Part shown: one piece after another, positions 13,748-25,630 of the stretch
Numbering within the stretch: the first letter of the stretch is position 1
Layout: the number at the start of each line of letters is the position of its first letter
From: Camelus dromedarius
Taxonomy: Eukaryota
Reading direction: 5' to 3'
Length of the DNA: 64,000 bases
NCBI RefSeq assembly: GCF_036321535.1
Contig: NC_087436.1
Location: 102,612,001 to 102,676,000 of the forward strand
The notes under the pieces: model-generated
What the model was told of the DNA's origin: nothing
Databases searched by the model: none
Seen by the model: only the letters and a program-made list of their open reading frames with translations
Position numbers and translations under genes: made by a program

Positions 13748-14060
13748 ATATTCATTCATCCAATATACTGTCAAACATTTAATCAGCTCCTACTGTGTGT
13801 TAGATTCTTTACAAAGTGCTAGGAATAAAGAGATAAATAAGACATGGTACCTGGCCACAAGAAAGTCAAATTCATAGCTTGGACAGAGTGTGGATTAGTC
13901 ATAAGAAAGTTAAATTAAAATTAATTACAAAACTATTTGATGAATATAGTTATGATAGGGATATTCATGGGGTTCAATGGGACCACAGAGAAGGAGTAAA
14001 ATAATTCAAACCTGGGGAGTCAGAAGAGGATTCTTGGAAAAGATAACACTTAAGCATGCC
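13748..14060 (-). mobile_element. L2 LINE 3' end
   Basis: attcattcatcc, ctcctactgtgtgttag, gtgctagg, aataagacatggtacctg. Confidence 0.7.
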
Positions 14061-14167
14061 TAGAGTTGGGATTATTTGCTAATAAAGGAAACTGTCACTA
14101 ACTTATTCAACAAGAGAATGCATAAACACTAAAATAACCCATTAAAACAAAAAGATAAACAGTGAAG

Positions 14168-14331
14168 GGAGAAGGGTATAGCTCAGTGGTAGAACACTGT
14201 GCTTAGCATGCACAAGGTCCTGGGTTCAATTCCCAGTACCTCCATTAAGAAAGAAGGAAAGAAACCTAATTACCTCCCCCACTCCTCTCAAATAAAGAAT
14301 TCTTTAAAAATAAAAAATTTTTAAAAATGAA
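14168..14331 (+). mobile_element. tRNA-derived camelid-type SINE (vic-1-like)
   Basis: Pol III A box (tagctcagtgg) and B box (ggttcaattcc), A-rich tail, perfect 13-bp TSD ataaacagtgaag at 14155-14167 and 14332-14344. Confidence 0.9.
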
Positions 14332-14699
14332 ATAAACAGTGAAGATTTGAGAAGGAATGTAACCAGGATCACCCCGGCAATCTCAAAAGCAGGAATTTAC
14401 AGGATTAGTCCCTCTTGTGATACTGGTTACATGACTTAACTCTGCTGATATACCAATTTTTTGTTTGTTTTCATTTGTTTGTTTGTTTGGTTGGTTGGTT
14501 TTTTGTGGATGTTACTCCATTGTTAGTTTCAAAGGGCCTAACTGGTGTCAGGTGTTGAAATCTGAATAAAATCAGCTATGGCCACAAGGGCAAGATATCA
14601 GAGCTGGTGAAGACCTAACTCAATACGTTTGGTGCTTCTCAAGGAAAAAGCCTGGTATGAATTGGGAGTCATCCAAAGAGGAACCACTATGTCATGTCA

Positions 14700-15520
14700 T
14701 GGTCTTGTTAGTTCTCTTCACAGTCCCAATGCCCTCAGTACCAAGTTCAAGCAGCTTAATACAGCTGACAAGGACTTTCACGAACTCACAAGGCCTCTGC
14801 TAATCTTTCTGGCCTTTTTGCATCAGACCACTTCTTGAAATTTAAGCCCAGCTCTACTGAATGATTCTCACCAGGCTCCAGGAATCTGGCCATGCTCTTT
14901 GTTTCCTACAGGGCTTTGCCTTTGTTATCACCTTGAAATATGCCAAAAGGTTTGAATTCCTCTTTTTGCCTGACTGACTTCTATTATTTTTAGCTCCTAG
15001 CTATAAAATCGTTTGTAATAAGACTGCATTGACTCCTAAAGAATGCTCCTTTGAGTTCCCACAGAAACTCACACTTACTCCCATCATGCTGTAAGTCTAT
15101 AATCTCTCTCCCTGGGACAGAAATTGTATCTGTCTTGTTTTCTGTGATATTACAAGAGCCTGCCATATAGAACTACCAGCACATAGTTGTTACTCAATAA
15201 TTATATACTAAATTATTAAAATTAATAGCAGTTTTAAATTCCAAATGTCTATTTATTTGTGTATATTTTTGATATTTTTCTACAAGTTACGTTTCTTTCA
15301 CCATTGCATCACACCCTTATGGTGCTTGGAGTTTGGCTCAATAAATACAGGTTGAATAAACATCAATGAGAATAATCTTGTGATTTTAGAAAATGATGCA
15401 CTCTTGTGTAAACTATAGACTCCATTCTCACAGAGACCTGTCTGTCTTGACACCTCCACTTTCTCAGTGTCTAACACAGTGCCCGGCACAGAGTAGATGG
15501 TTCATACTTACTGAATATAT
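14700..15520 (+). mobile_element. L2 LINE 3' fragments (several adjacent 3' ends)
   Basis: cagcacatagttgttactcaataa, gctcaataaatacaggttgaataaa, ctaacacagtgcccggcacagagtag. Confidence 0.65.
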
Positions 15521-16549
15521 AGGCGAAACAATTATTATTAATACGACATGATATTAACAACCATAAAGCTATTCTTATTGTAAGAATTTTTTAAGATAAT
15601 TTAAACTCAGTGTCATCATAATGACCACCCAGTGTAATTGTGCTCTAAAACAATAGTACAGTGCTGTGTCAAGTTTCGAAATTGAGAAGATGGCAATTAG
15701 CTGGCTTCCTGGTCTGTTTTTCTTAGATCAGTGATAACTTCATACAAACTACAGATCATTAAGTATTATTTTATTACATATGATAAGTATTGATGGACTT
15801 CCTACAAAAATATTTAATTTGTCAATTTATTTTTGTTTCTTATTGAAATAATAATCGCAAATGCTTGTCTTTCTACCTCTCTCAGCTAAATTCAGAAAAG
15901 GAAACTTGAAACAACGCTAGGATTTTTCTTTTGGGAGTTGGGAACCCCCTTTTCCAACTCCACTCCCTTTTCCCTTCCCATTTATTACCAAAGAGGCAAA
16001 ATACTTCACCTTGGTAAAGGTGCAATTGACCATTTGAGAAATGGGTGTATATCACCTAGTTTTCTGTAAGTGACCATCTGGCAGTTTAGGCTTCTGTGTA
16101 CATCAGTCCTGAGGGCACATCCTTGAAGTAAGAAGGATAATGGGAGGAAAAAATTGGCCTTGAGAGCAGTAATCTTAAGATAGCCTTTCCCTTAATATTA
16201 ATAATTAGAGAAAAAAAACAAAATACTTGTGATTTCTCCAACTGAGATGGCAAGCGCAAAAGAAAAAGTTCAAAGAGGCAGAATCTCTGCTTGTTCAAAT
16301 TCTTAAAATACGGCTTAACACACACTATCATGAAACACAAATTAGGGGTGAGAGGGAGAAAATAAAAGCCTTTTTTTTTTTGTATTTCCTCAAGAAAGCA
16401 CAAAAAAACAGATGGCCCAAATGAGAGGGTCCTTGTCAGATGAGACCTTAATAATCTTCTTTGCTTTGACAAAGGAAAGTACGTAGTGAACGGTGTGATG
16501 ATTTTGTTCTCCCAGGAGAAAGCACAACAGAGAGGAAAGACGCCTAAAA

Positions 16550-16876
16550 ATGGCCACATCTTTTGACCCAGGAATCCCACTCCTGGGCTTGTATCCAGAA
16601 GGAAATCTACTTCAGGATGACACCTGCACCCCAATGTTCATAGCAGCACTATTTACAATAGCCAAAACATGGAAACAGCCTAAATGTCCATCAACAGGTG
16701 ACTGGATAAAGAAGAGGTGGTACATTTATACAATGGAATACTACTCAGCCATAAAAACCGACAACATAATGCCATTTGCAGCAACATGGATGCTCCTGGA
16801 GAATGTCATTCTAAGTGAAGTAAGCCAGAAAGAGAAAGAAAAATACCATATGAGATCACTCATATGTGGAATCTAA
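16550..16876 (+). pseudogene. L1 ORF2p C-terminal fragment (108-aa ORF)
   Basis: DPGIPLLGLYP...CTPMFIAALFTIAKTWKQPKCPS...WYIYTMEYYSAIK...SLICGI is the characteristic L1 ORF2 C-terminus; the ATG comes from the TSD. Confidence 0.9.
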
Positions 16877-17194
16877 AAAACAAAAACAAAAACAAACAAA
16901 CAAACAAAAACAAAGCGTAAATAAAGGACAGAAATAGACTCACAGACAGAGAATACAGACTTGTGGTTACCAGGGGGGTGGAGGGTGGGAAGGGATAGAC
17001 TGGGATTTCAAAATTGTAGAATAGACTACACTGTATAGCACAGGGAAATATACACAAAATGTTATGATAACTCACAGAGAAAAAAATGTGACAATGAGTG
17101 TGTATATGTCCATGAATAACTGAAAAATTGTGCTGAACACTGGAATTTGACACAACATTGTAAAATGATTATAAATCAATAAAAAAATGTTAAA
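16564..17194 (+). mobile_element. Young 5'-truncated L1 (camelid-type 3'UTR) with 18-bp TSD
   Basis: Uninterrupted ORF2 C-terminus, 3'UTR, AATAAA at 17178-17183, A tail; TSD aaaaatggccacatcttt at 16546-16563 and 17195-17212. Confidence 0.95.
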
Positions 17195-17789
17195 AAAAAT
17201 GGCCACATCTTTGACAATGTGGGTCATGATGCTTCGTTTTGTTAAGTAGTAAAAGAACAGTAAGAATCTTTCCTTTTCTACCTCATGCTATCCTTACTCA
17301 GTTATAAAACCCAAAGACATAAGTTCAAAAGAGTGCAATTTCTTTTTTTTTTTTTCTTTCTGTTATCAAATGAGAGAAGAACAAAGAAACTTGTTTTACT
17401 CTGTCTCTGGGAAATGAATAATGGTAAAAATAAAGAGACAAAGCAGAAACAACTCAAACCAACAGAAGGTGAAAATCTCACACAGAACTGTTTGTGGAGC
17501 TCCAATTTTCATCCCTCAACAGCAACTGAAGACTGTCTTGTTGGAGTTCAGTCTTGCTCCAGAGTTTCAGTTTCTATAAGTTAACAATGCTTATGGCATG
17601 AAATTCCAGATTAGACTAGCATGATCCTTTTAAACATAAACCAGTTTCCCCTTTCAAAGACTCAACACCACTTCCTGGTAGTATACTTAGGGGAAATCTT
17701 AAGGAGAAAGCTGAATTTCAGAGGATCATTTGCCCAATGTCCATTCTGAATGTTCCAGAAAAGAAGCACCAGAGGGATTTGTCTACAGC

Positions 17790-17960
17790 AAGAAGCATGA
17801 TACAGTGGAAAGATTAAGTGTTTTGTTTTCATATCCTGACTGTGACACTTGGCTGTGTGGCCTCGCTCAAACTATTTAACCTCACTGCACTGTAATTTCT
17901 TCAGACATAAATTTTTTAAAACTCTGCACTTCAGAAGGGTGCTGTGAAGTTTCAATATCA
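17790..17960 (+). mobile_element. MIR SINE
   Basis: gcatgatacagtggaaaga, atcctgactgtgacacttggctgtgtggcct, tatttaacctc. Confidence 0.6.
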
Positions 17961-18106
17961 GGGTAAACATAGAACACATAACACCTTTGGGGCTTTTCCT
18001 TACTATATATTATAACATCAAATATTTGTGACATATAAAGAGTTCTGAAATGAACCAGAGATGAAGACACACTTACTTCCTTCTTAATTAAAATATTCCA
18101 GCCATA

Positions 18107-18330
18107 TAGAGGTTGGCCGGCTTCAGCCTAGAGGCCAACTCCAGCCCCTGCCTCAACTGTTTTTATACATAAAATTAATTGGAAGCCAGGCACGCCCATG
18201 TTTCTCTGTGCTTTCATGTTCCTGCTTTCATGCATCAGTGGCAGAGGTGTGTACTTGCAACAGAAACCATATGGCCCCCAAGCCTAGAATCTTTACTCTC
18301 TTCCCTCTACAGAAAAAGTTGTGGACCCTT
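18107..18330 (+). mobile_element. MER58A-like hAT-Charlie DNA transposon
   Basis: Colinear with the recalled MER58A consensus (ggccaa..cagccc, tggcagagg, ttgcaacagaaaccatatggccc, tacagaaaaagttg..gaccct). Confidence 0.8.
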
Positions 18331-18774
18331 AACTTGAAAAAAAGAGGAGAGGTTAGCAAAAATTCTAGACAATTTCCAAGGTTGTAAAAAACAAAGGAAA
18401 ACCCCAAAATATGTTCCTGGCACTAGAATATTCAACTTTCCCTGAGATAATATTGACTTAATATATACACTTTCAAAGATTTTTTCCCCTCAATAATATA
18501 GATAGAAATGGAATAAATATGTTTTGGTTCACTTTGCTGGACTTTTTCCAAAATATGAGTAATACATGTACCCTTACAAAATATAAACGCTCAATAAATT
18601 GGAAAAACATCTTGGTGAAGGCCAAGCATTTTTACACTCTCTCAAAAATTCCCCCTCAACTTCCATTTATAATCACCTCTTTTCTTCACAACTGCTGTCC
18701 CAAAATGGCAACTTATCTTGTTGAAAAAGTGTTATTTCTACTGCTGAAAGCAGCCTTAATTATTCAAGTGCAGT

Positions 18775-18895
18775 TCACAACATTCATTTTAGAAGGAGAA
18801 ATCTGAGGCTGAGAGAGATGACATGCACCAGCCCACAGTGCTGACCAGCATCGGAGCTGAGGGGAGAACCCAGTGCCTGGGCTCCTGCTCCAGAG
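18775..18895 (-). mobile_element. MIR SINE fragment
   Basis: cattttagaaggagaaatctgaggctgagagag...gaacccag. Confidence 0.55.
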
Positions 18896-20129
18896 ATCCC
18901 TTTAAGACATCATGCCCCTCCTCCAATCTGGCCTCCCTCTGGTCTCATCCCAAGATTTGTATCCGTATATTGTCTCTCTTCTTTGGATTTTCAGCCTCAA
19001 TCCTTATCTCCTCCACCCCAGCTGAAATAAACCCTTTCCAAAGAAAAAATCATCAACTATGTTTCCCCACCAAGTTTAAAATGTCACTATTCTAATTTGT
19101 AAAAGAGTTGTGCACGCAAATTGCTTCTACTTTATTTTCTTCTCCTACCACTCATGCTCTTATAATGTATTTTCCATGGCCGCACATCTTCCAACGCCTA
19201 GCAGTCACCCTATCCTGTCATCTCCTTGTGTCCATCTTCCTGCTCCACTTCCCCGTGGCAGGCAGCTGGCTCCCTGTCGCTTCCCCCTTTTTTGGTGTTT
19301 TCACCACATCTTATTCCCCCGAGGACGTTTTCTTGTGACTCACTTCCTGTTATTCCAACTCTTCTCCTACACTTTGCTGTTGTCTTCTCTGCCTTCTTTT
19401 TCTTTTTGTTTAATTTTATGGGTCTCAAATTTTACCTGCTTTTGGATTTCTATTACCCTTTATATTACATCCAAGAGTATGGTTTGCATTCTAAACCAAA
19501 GATATGTCTAGACAGAATTGTGACAAAGGTTTCAGGCAAATCTCCAGATCAGGTCCTAATAAAGTATCTTCTTTCATCTCTCCTTTATCAATGAATAAGT
19601 GAATAGCACTGTTATCATCCCAAGAGTCTTTGATTTTTTAAAACCTCTCTCCCTCCCTCCCTCCTTTCCAGCCTTCCTAAATTCCTTCTTCCTTCTCATC
19701 CTACCCATATGTAATTATGTGCTGCATTTTGTGGATTCTCATTCACACTGCATTCCCTACTTCATTCAAGTCTCATTTGCTTCTGTTTATATTATTATCA
19801 CCTCCATAATCCTGATATCCTACATTTCCCTCTTTTAAATTTGTGGATGAAGGAATCAGAATAATCCTGCACCTTCAATATCGGAGGAAGATGGGGCAGT
19901 CAGACAGAAACTGCTCAGTAAATTGACCATTGATCTTGTTGTTACTCACAGAGAACCATTTTCAAATACTGTGAAACTCAATTAGAAGAAAGAACCAGGA
20001 GAAGGATCCTACCACATTCATACCAGGATTATGCACTCACAAAGACTTAAACCAATGTCATGTGAATAAGTGGATTCACATTTCTAATGTGAACATAAGC
20101 AATGTATTTTTAACCCACATTTAGTTTCC

Positions 20130-20305
20130 CCTCACTATGTACCAAAACACAATTTTGAGTACTTTACACATAGTAACTCATTCAATTTTCTAAACTGCCT
20201 GTGAGGTAAGTACCAACATTTTACCCATTTTGCAGATCTAGGAACCTGTAAGTGTTAGAGGATAGATTTGAATTCAAAGGAATCTAGACTCTTAACTATA
20301 AAACT
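20130..20305 (-). mobile_element. MIR SINE
   Basis: cactatgtacca, actttacaca, ctgtgaggtaagtac, cccattttgcagat. Confidence 0.7.
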
Positions 20306-21008
20306 GTAATGCCAATCTAGAAATATGAATTATTTTTGGAAGAAAATTATTGCACATGATGACAAATATTTGTATTTATTCATATTTTCTCCCTCAAAAC
20401 CTAGTCTGTGACAGGCAGTGTTTAGTCTGAGGATCTATCAGTGACTAGACAGATGTGTCTTGGCCCTTATGGAGCTGGCTGATGGATTCAGTGCAAGAGG
20501 AAGGGAGTGAGTGAAAAAGGAGATCCCAAGATGATTCTTAGAATTTTTGTTTGAGCAAGTGGGTAGATGGTGGCACCTTTTACTGCGAATGGGGGGTCAG
20601 AGCCTTGTTCAGATCCATTTTCAGAGTTCAATTATTTGGCAAGACTGAAAACTACTGCTGTTGCTGCTGCTTATTGTTTTGCTGGTTTGTTTTTACCTGA
20701 AGGCCCATAATGTCTGGAGTTTCCCTTTGTCTTTACTAGTATCTGTTTGTTGTTCAGTGTTGAGATCCAGTAATATATCAGAGGCGGAAATCACTGATGA
20801 TGGTCAAATTCTATTAATTTCATTTTAATATTTTTGCTGAATACTTTTACAAAAGGAAACTCTCTTTCATCAATTATTTGCTTACACAGTTTTTAATTAA
20901 CATAAGAAAGATAGAATAAACATTTATTTTTCCCCTTAATTTACCAGCTTTTAAGATAAAATTTAGTTCTTACTCTCTCCCAGAGCTAACTATACATGGG
21001 CATATATT

Positions 21009-21052
21009 TGTGTGTGTGTGTGTGTGTGTACACATAATATATATATATATAT
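21009..21052. repeat. (TG)n followed by (TA)n microsatellite
   Basis: Directly visible. Confidence 0.9.
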
Positions 21053-21103
21053 TCATGAATGTAAACAAATTTGATGAGTTTCAATCCACAGCAAACCTTA
21101 TAC

Positions 21104-21224
21104 TTTTTTTTGAGGTGGGTAATTAGGTTTACTTATTTATTTAAGGGGAAGTACTGGGGATTGAACCCAGGACCTCATGCATGCTAAGCAAGCACTCTAC
21201 CACTTGAGTTAAACCTTACCCTCC
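21104..21224 (-). mobile_element. tRNA-derived camelid-type SINE (vic-1-like)
   Basis: Reverse-complement match to the 14168 copy (gtactggggattgaacccaggacct..gcatgctaagca..ctctaccact); degenerate TSD. Confidence 0.88.
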
Positions 21225-22521
21225 AAATCTTCTTACTTTTAAAAGCTCAAATTTCTCACCTTTGAACATTGTGAGCTTCTTCAATTCTGAATTCTTTGGA
21301 AATGTTTTATATATTTTTAAAAAATATCTCAATTGTCGTACTTCTATTTTAAATTCAGGACTATGAGATTATACTTAAAGCCTTCTATATTACCTTAGCT
21401 CTTCTTTTTTTTCTTTCTTCCACACAGAGAATCCTGGTTTTTCCAGGACACAGGGTTGATAAATTTCTTTATTTTTAATTGCAAATCATACACACAATGG
21501 TCTCAGGATAATATTTCACAAATACCCATAAAACTGATATTCATAAAGTAAGCAATATAATTAAAAAAACTTTGCATTTGCCTTCCCCAGTCTCCACCTC
21601 TACAGTTTTGCAGTGGCACATATATTGTCATGGGATATAGCCATTACTCATTACACTCTCTCTCTTTTACTATAATTAAGTCTTAGTTCTAGAAGTGACC
21701 ATGTACCTAATCCTCGCTCTCAGTCCTTACGTCAATGTCTCTATTCATTTTGTGATCTCGTGCTCTTTCTCTAGCACATTCCTCAGGAATGGTGCATTAG
21801 AATAATATTTCCCAAGTGCTTGCATGTTGATAATAGTTTGTCTGTATCATTTATCATTGAGAGACATTTCTACCTTCTACTCAATATAACCTCCCTGGAC
21901 ACTTTCTACCTTTACCTATCTTAAATTTTATTTTCCATTTTTTATGCAAATACATTGCTCTTAAAAAACCATATGAGGATAATCTAATTTTCTTTTTCTT
22001 GCAAGTTCTTACTTGTTTTGCCTAGACGTAGAAAGTTTTTATTTTTCTAAACGTATTAATAATTTTAAAGAATATATCTTGATTTTAGTATTTTTTCTTG
22101 TGTGTGTGTGTGCCCCTTCAATATATTGCTTCAAGCAGCTTTTAAAATTTTAATGATGGTTACATTGCATTCTAGATTTGTTTTGTATTGCTGTCTTATT
22201 TTGGTTTCTTCTTAAGATTCCCATTGTCCGTATGGAATATATTCCTGCCTGATTAAATATTTGTTACTTTCTCAAAACTTTTATCTTTCTTTTACTTTAT
22301 TTTTAAAAGTCTTCTCTGTCATTTTCTATTCTTTTCAAGGCATTACCTCTTATAATTTTTCACTGTTATGTTTTGTTAGGTTAGTTCCCATAACAAATTA
22401 TTTTTCTCTTACTTTTTCATTATTTACTTTATATTAAAATATTTCAGATTTATGAGGTTTTTTCATATCTTGTATAACTTTCTAAAAATATGTTTTAGTT
22501 GTTTTGAAATAGTCAATTAGT

Positions 22522-24500
22522 ATAAAACTAGACCCTTATCCTATAAAAGTCACAAAAAATTAAATTAATCCTACATGGATTAGACTTTAATGTAAGATAT
22601 GAAACCATGAAAGTTGTAAAAAAAAAAAATAGAAAAAATTGCTTCTTCATATGAGTCTTAACAACAATTTTGGGCATGACACCCAAAGTATAAGCAACAA
22701 AATCAAAAATAAACAAGTGGGACTACATCAGACTTAAAAGCTCTGGCCAGCAAAGGCAAGAAGTTATGTTATATTTATACAATGGAATACTCCTCAGCCA
22801 TTAGAAAGAATAAAATAATGCCACTTACAGCAACATGGATGGACCTGGAGATTGTCATTCTAAATGAAGAAAGCCAGAAAGAGAAAGAAAAATACCATAT
22901 GATATCACTTATATGTGGAATTAAAAAAAAATACAAACTTATTTACAGAACAGAAACAGGCTCACAGACATAGAAAACAAACTTATGGTTACCAGGGTGG
23001 GAAGTGGGTGGGAAGGGGGTGGGAAGGGATAAATTGGAAGTTCGAGATTTGCAAATATTAACTAATATATATAAAACAGAAAACAAGTTCATATGTATAG
23101 CACAGGGAGCTATATTCAATATCTTGTAGTAACTTATGGTGAAAAGGAGTATGAAAATGAACATATGTACATTCATGTATGACTGAAACATTATGCTGTA
23201 CATCAGAAATTGACACAACATTGTAAACTGACTACACTTCAATAAAAATATTTATATACAAAAAAAGACAACCTGTGAAACAACAAAAATATCCACAAAC
23301 CATACATCTGCTAAAGGGTTAATATCCAAAATATACAAAGAACTTGTACAACTCAGTAGCAAAACAATAAATAACCCAATTAAAAATGGGTAAAAGATCT
23401 GAATAGACATTTCGCCGAAGAAGATATATAAAAGGCCATAGGTACTTGAAAAAATGGTCAACATCGCTAGGCATTAGGGAAATACAAGTCAAAACCACAA
23501 TGATCAATATTTAACCATATTGAAAATTAAAATATAAAATTAAAAAAATTTTAAAGAAAACAGCGAGGTGTCATGTCATACCTTTTAGGATGACAATCAT
23601 TAAAAAGACAAGAGATAACAAGTACTGGCGAGAATTTGGAAAAACGGAGCCCTTGTACACTGTGGGATTGTAAATTGGTGTAGCCACTATGGAGAATAGT
23701 ATGGAGGATCCTCAGAAAAATAAAAATAGAACTACCTTTCCATCCAGCAATATCATTTCTGAGAATAAAGCAAAAGGAAATGAAAACACTAAACACTAAC
23801 CCCCCCCAAAAATCTTCACCTCCCATGTATAGCAGTATTATTAACTGCTATAGCAAAAATATGGAAACAACCTAGTGTTCATTGACAGAGGACTAGATAG
23901 AGAAGTTATTATATATATATATATATATACATATTATATATGTATTATCCAGCCACAAAAAAAGAAATCCTGTCATTTGCCATTTGCAGCAACATTGATG
24001 ACAGACCTTAAGTAATTATGCTAAGTGAAATAAGTCAGACAGAGAAAGGCAAATACTGTATGACCTCACTTATATGCGGAATCATTAAAAATATTAAAAC
24101 ATGTCAAACTCATAGTAAAATAGATCAGATTTGTGGTACCAAAGGAAGGACATGGGGTGAGTGGGAACTGGAGAAAGGTGGTCAAAAGGTACAAATTTCC
24201 AGCTATAAGATAAATAAGTACCAGGGATACAACGCATGGCATGATGACTGTAGTTAACACTGCTGTATGATGTGTACGAAATTGTTAAGAAAGTAAATCT
24301 TAAGTGCTCTTATCACAAGAAAAAAAGTGTTATTTTTCTGCTTTCCTTTTTTATTGTATCTGAATGAGATTATGGGTGCTAACTAAACTTACTGTGGTAA
24401 TCATTTCACAGCATACATAAGCCAAACCATTGTTCTGTACCCCTTAAATATAGACAGCGATGTATGTCGATTGCATCTCAATAGAACTGGGGAGAAAAAT
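22522..24500 (+). mobile_element. L1 (L1MA9-like) ORF2 3' part and 3'UTR
   Basis: Decayed ORF2 (tgggactacatcagacttaaaag, ttaatatccaaaatatacaaagaact, tgtaaattggtgtagccactatgga) and 3'UTR; 12/15 degenerate TSD at 22507-22521 and 24501-24515. Confidence 0.9.
22758..23262 (+). mobile_element. Younger L1 3' end nested in the older L1
   Basis: ORF 22782-22973 (MEYSSAIRKNKIMPLTATWMDLEIVIL...SLICGI) and a 3'UTR homologous to the 16564 element. Confidence 0.9.
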
Positions 24501-24824
24501 AAATAGTAGATTAATGTTTTTTCTGGTTTGTGGGCACGACTTTCTGGTATCTTTCAAGTCTTTCACTGTTTGTAGGGATGTTATTTGGTTCCATGTTCTA
24601 ATTTCTTCTATACAAATTTTTGAAAAAATTTGGTCCTGAGCATTTTATCTTGCTCACTTTAATGAAAAATTAATACTCAGCTTTTAAAAGGAGTCTTTGT
24701 TAGTCCAGAATCTTCTAACTACAAAGTTAATTCTACAAATTTCTCTGTTTTTATACGCTGTTAAAAATTGACACCTAGGTTTCTGAAATTTCTCCTTGTG
24801 TCTCACTTTTTTTTACCTATTTTT

Positions 24825-25147
24825 AAAAATTTAATAGACTTTATTTCCTAGAGTAGTTTTCTCTTTATAGAAGAATCACATAGTACAGAGAGTTCCCATA
24901 TACTCCCTCTCCTCTCACGTTTTGCAATATTATTAAAATCTTGCATTGGTGTATGCAGTTGGTGTTACAATTGGTGAATCAGTTCAATACATTATTAGTA
25001 ACTAAAGCCCACAGCTTATGTCAGGATTCACTCTTTGTGTTGCACAGTGCTGTGGATTTTGTCAAAGGCATCATGTCATACTCCCCCATTAAAGCATCAT
25101 ACAGGATAGTTTCACTGCTCTAAATTGCCCTGTGATTCACCTACCCC
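24825..25147 (-). mobile_element. L1MC1/2-like 3' end
   Basis: aatagactttattt..agagtagtttt, gtacagagagttcccatatact, tagtttcactgctctaaa. Confidence 0.75.
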
Positions 25148-25269
25148 TACTTTTATATAGACCTTCTCTTAACTCTAATGTCCTCCTCTTGCCTAAAACA
25201 GAGAATACACATTTTTATTTTAAATTACTTTGTCTCCTTGTACATAAGAGGTTCTCATAACATTTGAGC

Positions 25270-25630
25270 ATTGAATCTGCTCACTCACTAAATCACTTAC
25301 CCACTCACATACTCACCCATTAACTTCGTTTTTACATTCAGTGTGTATTTATTGATCACTTAGAGTGTCCCTGACACACTGGGTCCTTTGGAACTAGAAG
25401 ATAAGTTGATAAAACAATTATTAAAGGTCCACTCTAATAGATTTTGTAAAATGTATCTGTAATGTATTAAGTAGAAGGAGATAATAAACAAATGAATAAA
25501 CATACAATATATCAGGAGTAATAATTGCTATGAAGAAAAATGAAGCAAAATAATGGCATAGATAATAATTACCGAAGTAAGAAAGTCCTCTGTAGAAATA
25601 TGGCGTCTGAGCAAAGGTGTTAATGGGGAG
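25270..25630 (-). mobile_element. L2 LINE 3' end
   Basis: tgtatttattgatcactta, ataaacaaatgaataaa, tgctatgaagaaaaatgaagca. Confidence 0.6.

Larger units (their letters stand above)
20620..25200 (-). mobile_element. Ancient L1MC/HAL1-like element acting as host for nested insertions
   Basis: T-rich decayed L1 3'UTR/ORF1-like sequence at about 20620-22520, resuming after 24500. Confidence 0.5.

Noticed and set aside
14168..14245. tRNA gene
   Set aside because: A and B boxes are present, but it has a SINE tail, a TSD and a second dispersed copy.
16086..16634. Longest ORF (182 aa, minus strand)
   Set aside because: Starts antisense inside the L1 and runs through A/T tracts; no recognisable protein.
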